Source: Auanema rhodensis
Lineage: Eukaryota; Animalia; Nematoda
DNA: 64,000 nt
Direction of reading: 5' to 3'
Assembly: GCA_964057225.1 (NCBI GenBank)
Contig: OZ059898.1
Coordinates: 20,150,001-20,214,000, forward strand
Shown here: piece by piece, positions 1 to 14,068 of the stretch
Position numbering within the stretch: the first letter of the stretch is position 1
How the letters are laid out: each line of letters starts with the position of its first letter
Made by a program: the position numbers and the translations under genes
The notes under the pieces: model-generated
The model's database searches: none
Told to the model about the DNA's origin: nothing
The model's input: only the letters and a program-made list of their open reading frames with translations

Positions 1-3000
1 AGTTCTTCAGGGTGAAAATCGAGGATATAAGTGTGAGCTTATATCAGTTGATATCTCGGTCCATTTTCAAGCTGGCGCAAATCTAATAACACAGATCGAC
101 GCAGCTTAAAATTCCGCATCGAATGCACTATACTACATTGAGAAACGCTTGATATAAAAATTAGTTATGATCGTTTGAAAAATGATGCATTAGTGTTTTT
201 TGAGTTTCCATGTACACTCAACATTGCTTCCAAAAACATTTTGACAAAAATTTTTTCGAAAAATTTCAAAATAATTTCGCAAAAAGTAGATGTTTTTAGA
301 TTTTTTTTTTCAAGGCAAAGACGATGGACAATGTTATTCAACGAAAAAATTAATTCTTCAGGGTGAAAATCGAGGATATAAGTGTGAACTTATATCAGTT
401 GATATCTCGGTGCATTTTTAAGCTAGCGCAAATCTGATAACACAGATCGACGCAGCTTAAAAATCCGCATCGAATGCACTATACTACATTGAGAAACGCT
501 TGATATAAAAATTAGTTATGATCGTTTGAAAAATGATGCTTTAGTGTTTTTTGAGTTTCCATGTACACTCAACATTGCTTCCAAAAACATTTTGACAAAA
601 ATTTTTTCGAAAAATTTCAGAATAATTTCGCAAAAAGTAGATGTTTTTAGATTTTTTTTTTCAAGGCAAAGACGATGGACAATGTTATTCAACGAAAAAA
701 TTAGTTCTTCAGGGTGAAAATCGAGGATATAAGTGTGAGCTTATATCAGTTGATATCTCGGTCCATTTTCAAGCTGGCGCAAATCTAATAACACAGATCG
801 ACGCAGCTTAAAATTCCGCATCGAATGCACTATACTACATTGAGAAACGCTTGATATAAAAATTAGTTATGATCGTTTGAAAAATGATGCATTAGTGTTT
901 TTTGAGTTTCCATGTACACTCAACATTGCTTCCAAAAACATTTTGACAAAAATTTTTTCGAAAAATTTCAAAATAATTTCGCAAAAAGTAGATGTTTTTA
1001 GATTTTTTTTTTCAAGGCAAAGACGATGGACAATGTTATTCAACGAAAAAATTAATTCTTCAGGGTGAAAATCGAGGATATAAGTGTGAACTTATATCAG
1101 TTGATATCTCGGTGCATTTTTAAGCTAGCGCAAATCTAATAACACAGATCGACGCAGCTTAAAAATCCGCATCGAATGCACTATACTACATTGAGAAAAG
1201 CTTAATACAAAAATTAGTTATGATCGTTTGAAAAATGATGCATTAGTGTATTTTGAGTTTCCATGTACTTTCAGCATTGCTTCCAAAAACATTTTGACAA
1301 AAATTTTTTCGAAAAATTTCAAAATAATTTCGCAAAAAGTAAATGTTTTTAGATTCTTTTTTTTAAGGCAAAAACGATGGACAATGTTATTCAACAAAAA
1401 AATTAATTCTTCAGGGTGAAAATCGAGGATATAAGTGTGAGCTTATATCAGTTGATATCTCGGTGCATTTTTAAGCTAGCGCAAATCTGATAACACAGAT
1501 CGACGCAGCTTAAAAATCCGCATCGAATGCACTATACTACATTGAGAAACGCTTGATATAAAAATTAGTTATGATCGTTTGAAAAATGATGCTTTAGTGT
1601 TTTTTGAGTTTCCATGTACACTCAACATTGCTTCCAAAAACATTTTGACAAAAATTTTTTCAAAAAATTTCAAAATAATTTCGCAAAAAGTAGATGTTTT
1701 TAGATTTTTTTTTTCAAGGCAAAGACGATGGACAATGTTATTCAACGAAAAAATTAATTCTTCAGGGTGAAAATCGAGGATATAAGTGTGAACTTATATC
1801 AGTTGATATCTCGGTGCATTTTTAAGCTAGCGCAAATCTAATAACACAGATCGACGCAGCTTAAAAATCCGCATCGAATGCACTATACTACATTGAGAAA
1901 AGCTTAATACAAAAATTAGTTATGATCGTTTGAAAAATGATGCTTTAGTGTTTTTTGAGTTTCCATGTACACTCAACATTGCTTCCAAAAACATTTTGAC
2001 AAAAATTTTTTCGAAAAATTTCAAAATAATTTCGCAAAAAGTAGATGTTTTTAGATTTTTTTTCTCAAGGCAAAGACGATGGACAATGTTATTCAACGAA
2101 AAAATTAATTCTTCAGGGTGAAAATCGAGGATATAAGTGTGAGCTTATATCAGTTGATATCTCGGTGCATTTTCAAGCTAGCGCAAGTCTAATAACACAG
2201 ATCGACGCAGCTTAAAAATCCGCATCGAATGCACTATACTACATTGAGAAACGCTTGATACAAAAATTAGTTATGATCGTTTGAAAAATGATGCATTAGT
2301 GTTTTTTGAGTTTCCATGTACACTCAACATTGCTTCCAAAAACATTTTGACAAAAATTTTTTCGAAAAATTTCAAAATAATTTCGCAAAAAGTAGATGTT
2401 TTTAGATTTTTTTTTTCAAGGCAAAGACGATGGACAATGTTATTCAACGAAAAAATTAATTCTTCAGGGTGAAAATCGAGGATATAAGTGTGAGCTTATA
2501 TCAGTTGATATCTCGGTGCATTTTCAAGCTAGCGCAAATCTAATAACACAGATCGACGCAGCTTAAAAATCCGCGTCGAATGCACTATACTACATTGAGA
2601 AACGCTTGATACAAAAATTAGTTATGATCGTTTGAAAAATGATGCATTAGTGTTTTTTGAGTTTCCATGTACACTCAACATTGCTTCCAAAAACATTTTG
2701 ACAAAAATTTTTTCGAAAAATTTCAAAATAATTTCGCAAAAAGTAGATGTTTTTAGATTTTTTTTTTCAAGGCAAAGACGATGGACAATGTTATTCAACG
2801 AAAAAATTAGTTCTTCAGGGTGAAAATCGAGGATATAAGTGTGAGCTTATATCAGTTGATATCTCGGTCCATTTTCAAGCTGGCGCAAATCTAATAACAC
2901 AGATCGACGCAGCTTAAAATTCCGCATCGAATGCACTATACTACATTGAGAAACGCTTGATATAAAAATTAGTTATGATCGTTTGAAAAATGATGCATTA

Positions 3001-6000
3001 GTGTTTTTTGAGTTTCCATGTACACTCAACATTGCTTCCAAAAACATTTTGACAAAAATTTTTTCGAAAAATTTCAAAATAATTTCGCAAAAAGTAAATG
3101 TTTTTAGATTCTTTTTTTTAAGGCAAAAACGATGGACAATGTTATTCAACAAAAAAATTAATTCTTCAGGGTGAAAATCGAGGATATAAGTGTGAACTTA
3201 TATCAGTTGATATCTCGGTGCATTTTTAAGCTAGCGCAAATCTAATAACACAGATCGACGCAGCTTAAAAATCCGCATCGAATGCACTATACTACATTGA
3301 GAAAAGCTCAATACAAAAATTAGTTATGATCGTTTGAAAAATGATGCATTAGTGTATTTTGAGTTTCCATGTACTTTCAGCATTGCTTCCAAAAACATTT
3401 TGACAAAAATTTTTTCGAAAAATTTCAAAATAATTTCGCAAAAAGTAGATGTTTTTAGATTTTTTTTTCAAGGCACAGACGATGAACAATGTTATTCAAC
3501 GAAAAAATTAATTCTTCAGGGTGAAAATCGAGGATATAAGTGTGAACTTATATCAGTTGATATCTCGGTGCATTTTTAAGCTAGCGCAAATCTGATAACA
3601 CAGATCGACGCAGCTTAAAAATCCGCATCGAATGCACTATACTACATTGAGAAACGCTTGATACAAAAATTAGTTATGATCGTTTGGAAAATGATGCATT
3701 AGTGTATTTTGAGTTTCCATGTACACTCAACATTGCTTCCAAAAACATTTTGACAAAAATTTTTTCGAAAAATTTCAAAATAATTTCGCAAAAAGTAAAT
3801 GTTTTTAGATTCTTTTTTTTAAGGCAAAAACGATGGACAATGTTATTCAACGAAAAAATTAATTCTTCAGGGTGAAAATCGAGGATATAAGTGTGAGCTT
3901 ATATCAGTTGATATCTCGGTGCATTTTTAAGCTAGCGCAAATCTGATAACACAGATCGACGCAGCTTAAAAATCCGCATCGAATGCACTATACTACATTG
4001 AGAAACGCTTGATACAAAAATTAGTTATGATCGTTTGGAAAGTGATGCATTAGTGTATTTTGAGTTTCCATGTACACTCAACATTGCTTCCAAAAACATT
4101 TTGACAAAAATTTTTTCGAAAAATTTCAAAATAATTTCGCAAAAAGTGAATGTTTTTAGATTCTTTTTTTTAAGGCAAAAACGATGGACAATGTTATTCA
4201 ACGAAAAAATTAATTCTTCAGGGTGAAAATCGAGGATATAAGTGTGAACTTATATCAGTTGATATCTCGGTGCATTTTTAAGCTAGCGCAAATCTGATAA
4301 CACAGATCGACGCAGCTTAAAAATCCGCATCGAATGCACTATACTACATTGAGAAAAGCTCAATACAAAAATTAGTTATGATCGTTTGAAAAATGATGCA
4401 TTAGTGTATTTTGAGTTTCCATGTACTTTCAGCATTGCTTCCAAAAACATTTTGACAAAAATTTTTTCGAAAAATTTCAAAATAATTTCGCAAAAAGTAG
4501 ATGTTTTTAGATTTTTTTTTTCAAGGCAAAGACGATGAACAATGTTATTCAACGAAAAAATTAATTCTTCAGGGTGAAAATCGAGGATATAAGTGTGAAC
4601 TTATATCAGTTGATATCTCGGTGCATTTTTAAGCTAGCGCAAATCTGATAACACAGATCGACGCAGCTTAAAAATCCGCATCGAATGCACTATACTACAT
4701 TGAGAAACGCTTGATACAAAAATTAGTTATGATCGTTTGGAAAATGATGCATTAGTGTATTTTGAGTTTCCATGTACACTCAACATTGCTTCCAAAAACA
4801 TTTTGACAAAAATTTTTTCGAAAAATTTCAAAATAATTTCGCAAAAAGTAAATGTTTTTAGATTCTTTTTTTTAAGGCAAAAACGATGGACAATGTTATT
4901 CAACGAAAAAATTAATTCTTCAGGGTGAAAATCGAGGATATAAGTGTGAGCTTATATCAGTTGATATCTCGGTGCATTTTTAAGCTAGCGCAAATCTGAT
5001 AACACAGATCGACGCAGCTTAAAAATCCGCATCGAATGCACTATACTACATTGAGAAACGCTTGATACAAAAATTAGTTATGATCGTTTGGAAAGTGATG
5101 CATTAGTGTATTTTGAGTTTCCATGTACACTCAACATTGCTTCCAAAAACATTTTGACAAAAATTTTTTCGAAAAATTTCAAAATAATTTCGCAAAAAGT
5201 AAATGTTTTTAGATTCTTTTTTTTAAGGCAAAAACGATGGACAATGTTATTCAACGAAAAAATTAATTCTTCAGGGTGAAAATCGAGGATATAAGTGTGA
5301 GCTTATATCAGTTGATATCTCGGTGCATTTTTAAGCTAGCGCAAATCTGATAACACAGATCGACGCAGCTCAAAAATCCGCATCGAATGCACTATACTAC
5401 ATTGAGAAACGCTTAATACAAAAATTTGTTATGATCGTTTGGAAAATGATGCATTAGTGTATGTTGAGTTTCCATGTACACTCAACATTGCTTCCAAAAA
5501 CATTTTGACAAAAATTTTTTCGAAAAATTTCAAAATAATTTCGCAAAAAGTAGATGTTTTTAAATTTCTTTTTTCAAGGCAAAGACGATGGACAATGTTA
5601 TTCAACGAAAAAATTAATTCTTCAGGGTGAAAATCGAGGATATAAGTGTGAACTTATATCAGTTGATATCTCGGTGCATTTTTAAGCTAGCGCAAATCTG
5701 ATAACACAGATCGACGCAGCTTAAAAATCCGCATCGAATGCACTATACTACATTGAGAAACGCTTGATACAAAAATTAGTTATGATCGTTTGGAAAATGA
5801 TGCATTAGTGTATTTTGAGTTTCCATGTACACTCAACATTGCTTCCAAAAACATTTTGACAAAAATTTTTTCGAAAAATTTCAAAATAATTTCGCAAAAA
5901 GTAAATGTTTTTAGATTTCTTTTTTCAAGGCAAAGACGATGGACGATGTTATTCAACAAAAAAATTAATTCTTCAGGGTGAAAATCGAGGATACAAGTGT

Positions 6001-9000
6001 GAACTTATATCAGTTGATATCTCGGTGCATTTTTAAGCTAGCGCAAATCTGATAACACAGATCGACGCAGCTTAAAAATCCGCATCGAATGCACTATATT
6101 ACATTGAGAAACGCTTAATACAAAAATTAGTTATGAGTTGCGTTTGAAAAATGATGCATTAGTGTTTTTCGAGTTTCCATGTACACTCAACATTGCTTCC
6201 AAAAACATTTTGACAAAAATTTTTTCGAAAAATTTCAAAATAATTTCGCAAAAAGTAGATGTTTTTAGATTTTTTTTTTCAAGGCAAAGACGATAGACAA
6301 TGTTATTCAACGAAAAAATTAATTCTTCAGGGTGAAAATCGAGGATATAAGTGTGAACTTATATCAGTTGATATCTCGGTGCATTTTTAAGCTAGCGCAA
6401 ATCTGATAACACAGATCGACGCAGCTTAAAAATCCGCATCGAATGCACTATATTACATTGAGAAACGCTTGATATAAAAATTAGTTATGATCGTTTGAAA
6501 AATGATGCATTAGTGTTTTTTGAGTTTCCATGTACACTCAACATTGCTTCCAAAAACATTTTGACAAAAATTTTTTCGAAAAATTTCAAAATAATTTCGC
6601 AAAAAGTAGATGTTTTTAGATTTTTTTTTTCAAGGCAAAGACGATGGACAATGTTATTCAACGAAAAAATTAGTTCTTCAGGGTGAAAATCGAGGATATA
6701 AGTGTGAGCTTATATCAGTTGATATCTCGGTCCATTTTCAAGCTGGCGCAAATCTAATAACACAGATCGACGCAGCTTAAAATTCCGCATCGAATGCACT
6801 ATACTACATTGAGAAACGCTTGATATAAAAATTAGTTATGATCGTTTGAAAAATGATGCATTAGTGTTTTTTGAGTTTCCATGTACACTCAACATTGCTT
6901 CCAAAAACATTTTGACAAAAATTTTTTCGAAAACTTTCAAAATAATTTCGCAAAAAGTAGATGTTTTTAGATTTTTTTTTTCAAGGCTAAGACGATGGAC
7001 AATGTTATTCAACGAAAAAATTAATTCTTCAGGGTGAAAATCGAGGATATAAGTGTGAGCTTATATCAGTTGATATCTCGGTGCATTTTCAAGCTAGCGC
7101 AAATCTAATAACACAGATCGACGCAGCTTAAAAATCCGCATCGAATGCACTATACTACATTGAGAAACGCTTGATACAAAAATTAGTTATGATCGTTTGA
7201 AAAATGATGCATTAGTGTTTTTTGAGTTTCCATGTACACTCAACATTGCTTCCAAAAACATTTTGACAAAAATTTTTTCGAAAAATTTCAAAATAATTTC
7301 GCAAAAAGTAGATGTTTTTAGATTTTTTTTTCAAGGCAAAGACGATGGACAATGTTATTCAACGAAAAAATTAATTCTTCAGGGTGAAAATCGAGGATAT
7401 AAGTGTGAACTTATATCAGTTGATATCTCGGTGCATTTTTAAGCTAGCGCAAATCTAATAACACAGATCGACGCAGCTTAAAAATCCGCATCGAATGCAC
7501 TATACTACATTGAGAAAAGCTTAATACAAAAATTAGTTATGATCGTTTGAAAAATGATGCATTAGTGTATTTTGAGTTTCCATGTACTTTCAGCATTGCT
7601 TCCAAAAACATTTTGACAAAAATTTTTTCGAAAAATTCAAAATAATTTCGCAAAAAGTAGATGTTTTTAGATTTTTTTTTTCAAGGCAACGACGATGAAC
7701 AATGTTATTCAACGAAAAAATTAATTCTTCAGGGTGAAAATCGAGGATATAAGTGTGAACTTATATCAGTTGATATCTCGGTGCATTTTTAAGCTAGCGC
7801 AAATCTGATAACACAGATCGACGCAGCTTAAAAATCCGCATCGAATGCACTATACTACATTGAGAAACGCTTGATACAAAAATTAGTTATGATCGTTTGG
7901 AAAATGATGCATTAGTGTATTTTGAGTTTCCATGTACACTCAACATTGCTTCCAAAAACATTTTGACAAAAATTTTTTCGAAAAATTTCAAAATAATTTC
8001 GCAAAAAGTAAATGTTTTTAGATTCTTTTTTTTAAGGCAAAAACGATGGACAATGTTATTCAACAAAAAAATTAATTCTTCAGGGTGAAAATCGAGGATA
8101 TAAGTGTGAGCTTATATCAGTTGATATCTCGGTGCATTTTTGAGCTAGCGCAAATCTGATAACACAGATCGACGCAGCTTAAAAATCCGCATCGAATGCA
8201 CTATACTACATTGAGAAACGCTTGATATAAAAATTAGTTATGATCGTTTGAAAAATGATGCTTTAGTGTTTTTTGAGTTTCCATGTACACTCAACATTGC
8301 TTCCAAAAACATTTTGACAAAAATTTTTTCGAAAAATTTCAAAATAATTTCGCAAAAAGTAGATGTTTTTAGATTTTTTTTCTCAAGGCAAAGACGATGG
8401 ACAATGTTATTCAACGAAAAAATTAATTCTTCAGGGTGAAAATCGAGGATATAAGTGTGAGCTTATATCAGTTGATATCTCGGTGCATTTTTAAGCTAGC
8501 GCAAATCTGATAACTCAGATCGATGCAGCTTAAAAATCCGCATCGAATGCACTATACTACATTGAGAAACGCTTGATACAAAAATTAGTTATGATCGTTT
8601 GAAAAATGATGCATTAGTGTTTTTTGAGTTTCCATGTACACTCAACATTGCTTCCAAAAACATTTTGACAAAAATTTTTTCGAAAAATTTCAAAATAATT
8701 TCGCAAAAAGTAGATGTTTTTAGATTTTTTTTTTCAAGGCAAAGACGATGGACAATGTTATTCAACGAAAAAATTAATTCTTCAGGGTGAAAATCGAGGA
8801 TATAAGTGTGAGCTTATATCAGTTGATATCTCGGTGCATTTTTGAGCTAGCGCAAATCTAATAACACAGATCGACGCAGCTTAAAAATCCGCATCGAATG
8901 CACTATACTACATTGAGAAACGCTTAATACAAAAATTAGTTATGATCGTTTGAAAAATGATGCATTAGTGTATTTTGAGTTTCCATGTACTTTCAGCATT

Positions 9001-12000
9001 GCTTCCAAAAACATTTTGACAAAAATTTTTTCGAAAAATTCAAAATAATTTCGCAAAAAGTAGATGTTTTTAGATTTTTTTTTTCAAGGCAACGACGATG
9101 AACAATGTTATTCAACGAAAAAATTAATTCTTCAGGGTGAAAATCGAGGATATAAGTGTGAACTTATATCAGTTGATATCTCGGTGCATTTTTAAGCTAG
9201 CGCAAATCTGATAACACAGATCGACGCAGCTTAAAAATCCGCATCGAATGCACTATACTACATTGAGAAACGCTTGATACAAAAATTAGTTATGATCGTT
9301 TGGAAAATGATGCATTAGTGTATTTTGAGTTTCCATGTACACTCAACATTGCTTCCAAAAACATTTTGACAAAAATTTTTTCGAAAAATTTCAAAATAAT
9401 TTCGCAAAAAGTAAATGTTTTTAGATTCTTTTTTTTAAGGCAAAAACGATGGACAATGTTATTCAACAAAAAAATTAATTCTTCAGGGTGAAAATCGAGG
9501 ATATAAGTGTGAGCTTATATCAGTTGATATCTCGGTGCATTTTTGAGCTAGCGCAAATCTGATAACACAGATCGACGCAGCTTAAAAATCCGCATCGAAT
9601 GCACTATACTACATTGAGAAACGCTTGATATAAAAATTAGTTATGATCGTTTGAAAAATGATGCTTTAGTGTTTTTTGAGTTTCCATGTACACTCAACAT
9701 TGCTTCCAAAAACATTTTGACAAAAATTTTTTCGAAAAATTTCAAAATAATTTCGCAAAAAGTAGATGTTTTTAGATTTTTTTTCTCAAGGCAAAGACGA
9801 TGGACAATGTTATTCAACGAAAAAATTAATTCTTCAGGGTGAAAATCGAGGATATAAGTGTGAGCTTATATCAGTTGATATCTCGGTGCATTTTTAAGCT
9901 AGCGCAAATCTGATAACTCAGATCGATGCAGCTTAAAAATCCGCATCGAATGCACTATACTACATTGAGAAACGCTTGATACAAAAATTAGTTATGATCG
10001 TTTGAAAAATGATGCATTAGTGTTTTTTGAGTTTCCATGTACACTCAACATTGCTTCCAAAAACATTTTGACAAAAATTTTTTCGAAAAATTTCAAAATA
10101 ATTTCGCAAAAAGTAGATGTTTTTAGATTTTTTTTTTCAAGGCAAAGACGATGGACAATGTTATTCAACGAAAAAATTAATTCTTCAGGGTGAAAATCGA
10201 GGATATAAGTGTGAGCTTATATCAGTTGATATCTCGGTGCATTTTTGAGCTAGCGCAAATCTAATAACACAGATCGACGCAGCTTAAAAATCCGCATCGA
10301 ATGCACTATACTACATTGAGAAACGCTTGATATAAAAATTAGTTATGATCGTTTGAAAAATGATGCTTTAGTGTTTTTTGAGTTTCCATGTACACTCAAC
10401 ATTGCTTCCAAAAACATTTTGACAAAAATTTTTTCGAAAAATTTCAAAATAATTTCGCAAAAAGTAGATGTTTTTAGATTTTTTTTCTCAAGGCAAAGAC
10501 GATGGACAATGTTATTCAACGAAAAAATTAATTCTTCAGGGTGAAAATCGAGGATATAAGTGTGAGCTTATATCAGTTGATATCTCGGTGCATTTTTAAG
10601 CTAGCGCAAATCTGATAACTCAGATCGATGCAGCTTAAAAATCCGCATCGAATGCACTATACTACATTGAGAAACGCTTGATACAAAAATTAGTTATGAT
10701 CGTTTGAAAAATGATGCATTAGTGTTTTTTGAGTTTCCATGTACACTCAACATTGCTTCCAAAAACATTTTGACAAAAATTTTTTCGAAAAATTTCAAAA
10801 TAATTTCGCAAAAAGTAGATGTTTTTAGATTTTTTTTTTCAAGGCAAAGACGATGGACAATGTTATTCAACGAAAAAATTAATTCTTCAGGGTGAAAATC
10901 GAGGATATAAGTGTGAGCTTATATCAGTTGATATCTCGGTGCATTTTCAAGCTAGCGCAAATCTAATAACACAGATCGACGCAGCTTAAAAATCCGCATC
11001 GAATGCACTATACTACATTGAGAAACGCTTGATACAAAAATTAGTTATGATCGTTTGAAAAATGATGCATTAGTGTTTTTTGAGTTTCCATGTACACTCA
11101 ACATTGCTTCCAAAAACATTTTGACAAAAATTTTTTCGAAAAATTTCAAAATAATTTCGCAAAAAGTAGATGTTTTTAGATTTTTTTTTTCAAGGCAAAG
11201 ACGATGGACAATGTTATTCAACGAAAAAATTAATTCTTCAGGGTGAAAATCGAGGATATAAGTGTGAACTTATATCAGTTGATATCTCGGTGCATTTTTA
11301 AGCTAGCGCAAATCTAATAACACAGATCGACGCAGCTTAAAAATCCGCATCGAATGCACTATACTACATTGAGAAAAGCTCAATACAAAAATTAGTTATG
11401 ATCGTTTGAAAAATGATGCATTAGTGTATTTTGAGTTTCCATGTACTTTCAGCATTGCTTCCAAAAACATTTTGACAAAAATTTTTTCGAAAAATTTCAA
11501 AATAATTTCGCAAAAAGTAGATGTTTTTAGATTTTTTTTTTCAAGGCAAAGACGATGAACAATGTTATTCAACGAAAAAATTAATTCTTCAGGGTGAAAA
11601 TCGAGGATATAAGTGTGAACTTATATCAGTTGATATCTCGGTGCATTTTTAAGCTAGCGCAAATCTGATAACACAGATCGACGCAGCTTAAAAATCCGCA
11701 TCGAATGCACTATACTACATTGAGAAACGCTTGATACAAAAATTAGTTATGATCGTTTGGAAAATGATGCATTAGTGTATTTTGAGTTTCCATGTACACT
11801 CAACATTGCTTCCAAAAACATTTTGACAAAAATTTTTTCGAAAAATTTCAAAATAATTTCGCAAAAAGTAAATGTTTTTAGATTCTTTTTTTTAAGGCAA
11901 AAACGATGGACAATGTTATTCAACGAAAAAATTAATTCTTCAGGGTGAAAATCGAGGATATAAGTGTGAGCTTATATCAGTTGATATCTCGGTGCATTTT

Positions 12001-14068
12001 TAAGCTAGCGCAAATCTGATAACACAGATCGACGCAGCTTAAAAATCCGCATCGAATGCACTATACTACATTGAGAAACGCTTGATATAAAAATTAGTTA
12101 TGATCGTTTGAAAAATGATGCATTAGTGTTTTTTGAGTTTCCATGTACACTCAACATTGCTTCCAAAAACATTTTGACAAAAATTTTTTCGAAAAATTTC
12201 AAAATAATTTCGCAAAAAGTAGATGTTTTTAGATTTTTTTTTTCAAGGCAAAGACGATGGACAATGTTATTCAACGAAAAAATTAATTCTTCAGGGTGAA
12301 AATCGAGGATATAAGTGTGAACTTATATCAGTTGATATCTCGGTGCATTTTTAAGCTAGCGCAAATCTGATAACACAGATCGACGCAGCTTAAAAATCCG
12401 CATCAAATGCACTATACTACATTGAGAAACGCTTAATACAAAAATTAGTTATGATCGTTTGGAAAATAATGCATTAGTGTATGTTGAGTTTCCATGTACA
12501 CTCAACATTGCTTCCAAAAACATTTTGACAAAAATTTTTTCGAAAAATTTCAAAATAATTTCGCAAAAAGTAAATGTTTTTAGATTTCTTTTTTCAAGGC
12601 AAAGACGATGGACGATGTTATTGAACAAAAAAATTAATTCTTCAGGGTGAAAATCGAGGATATAAGTGTGAACTTATATCAGTTGATATCTCGGTGCATT
12701 TTTAAGCTAGCGCAAATCTGATAACACAGATCGACGCAGCTTAAAAATCCGCATCGAATGCACTATACTACATTGAGAAACGCTTGATATAAAAATTAGT
12801 TATGATCGTTTGAAAAATGATGCATTAGTGTTTTTTGAGTTTCCATGTACACTCAACATTGCTTCCAAAAACATTTTGACAAAAATTTTTTCGAAAAATT
12901 TCAAAATATTTTCGCAAAAAGTAAATGTTTTTAGATTTCTTTTTTCAAGGCAAAGACGATGGACGATGTTATTGAACAAAAAAATTAATTCTTCAGGGTG
13001 AAAATCGAGGATATAAGTGTGAACTTATATCAGTTGATATCTCGGTGCATTTTTAAGCTAGCGCAAATCTGATAACACAGATCGACGCAGCTTAAAAATC
13101 CGCATCGAATGCACTATACTACATTGAGAAACGCTTGATATAAAAATTAGTTATGATCGTTTGAAAAATGATGCATTAGTGTTTTTTGAGTTTCCATGTA
13201 CACTCAACATTGCTTCCAAAAACATTTTGACAAAAATTTTTTCGAAAAATTTCAAAATAATTTCGCAAAAAGTAAATGTTTTTAGATTTCTTTTTTCAAG
13301 GCAAAGACGATGGACGATGTTATTGAACAAAAAAATTAATTCTTCAGGGTGAAAATCGAGGATATAAGTGTGAACTTATATCAGTTGATATCTCGGTGCA
13401 TTTTTAAGCTAGCGCAAATCTGATAACACAGATCGACGCAGCTTAAAAATCCGCATCGAATGCACTATATTACATTGAGAAACGCTTAATACAAAAATTA
13501 GTTATGAGTTGCGTTTGAAAAATGATGCATTAGTGTATGTTGAGTTTCCATGTACACTCAACATTGCTTCCAAAAACATTTTGACAAAAATTTTTCCGAA
13601 AAATTTCAAAATAATTTCGCAAAAAGTAGATTTTTTTAGATTTTTTTTTTAAGGCAAAGACGATGGACAATGTTATTCAACGAAAAAATTATTTTTTCAG
13701 GGTGAAAATCGAGGATATAAGTGTGAACTTATATCAGTTGATATCTCGGTGCATTTTTAAGCTAGCGCAAATCTGATAAAACAGATCGACGCAGCTTAAA
13801 AATCCGCATCGAATGCACTATATTACATTGAGAAACGCTTAATACAAAAATTAGTTATGATCGTTTGAAAAATGATGCATTAGTGTATTTTGAGTTTCCA
13901 TGTACACTCAACATTGCTTCCAAAAACATTTTGACAAAATATTTTCCGAAAAATGTCAAAATAATTTCGCAAAAAGTAGATGTTTTTAGATTCCTTTTTT
14001 CAAGGCAAAAACGATGGACAATGTTATTCAACAAAAAAATTAATTCTTCAGGGTGAAAATCGAGGATA
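1..14068. repeat. 351-bp tandem satellite DNA (satellite A), about 40 monomers, truncated at window start
   Basis: Motifs recur every 351 bp (ORF-track starts at 175, 526, 877, 1228...). Monomers differ by a few substitutions and 1-3 bp indels. The last matching bases are CGAGGATA at 14061-14068. Confidence 0.98.

Noticed and set aside
300-366. Hammerhead ribozyme in satellite A (CTGAAGA on the minus strand fits CUGANGA)
   Set aside because: No stem II closes onto a following GAAA, and stems I/III are not evident.
175-14056. About 34 repeated 63-81 aa ORFs (MKNDALV...) as a tandem gene array
   Set aside because: They start at TTG, are made of A/T-tract codons (F, K, I, N), and are broken by stops or frameshifts in several monomers (about 4386, 6144, 7547, 8950, 11406, 13515). 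Many variants are non-synonymous. They are by-products of the satellite.
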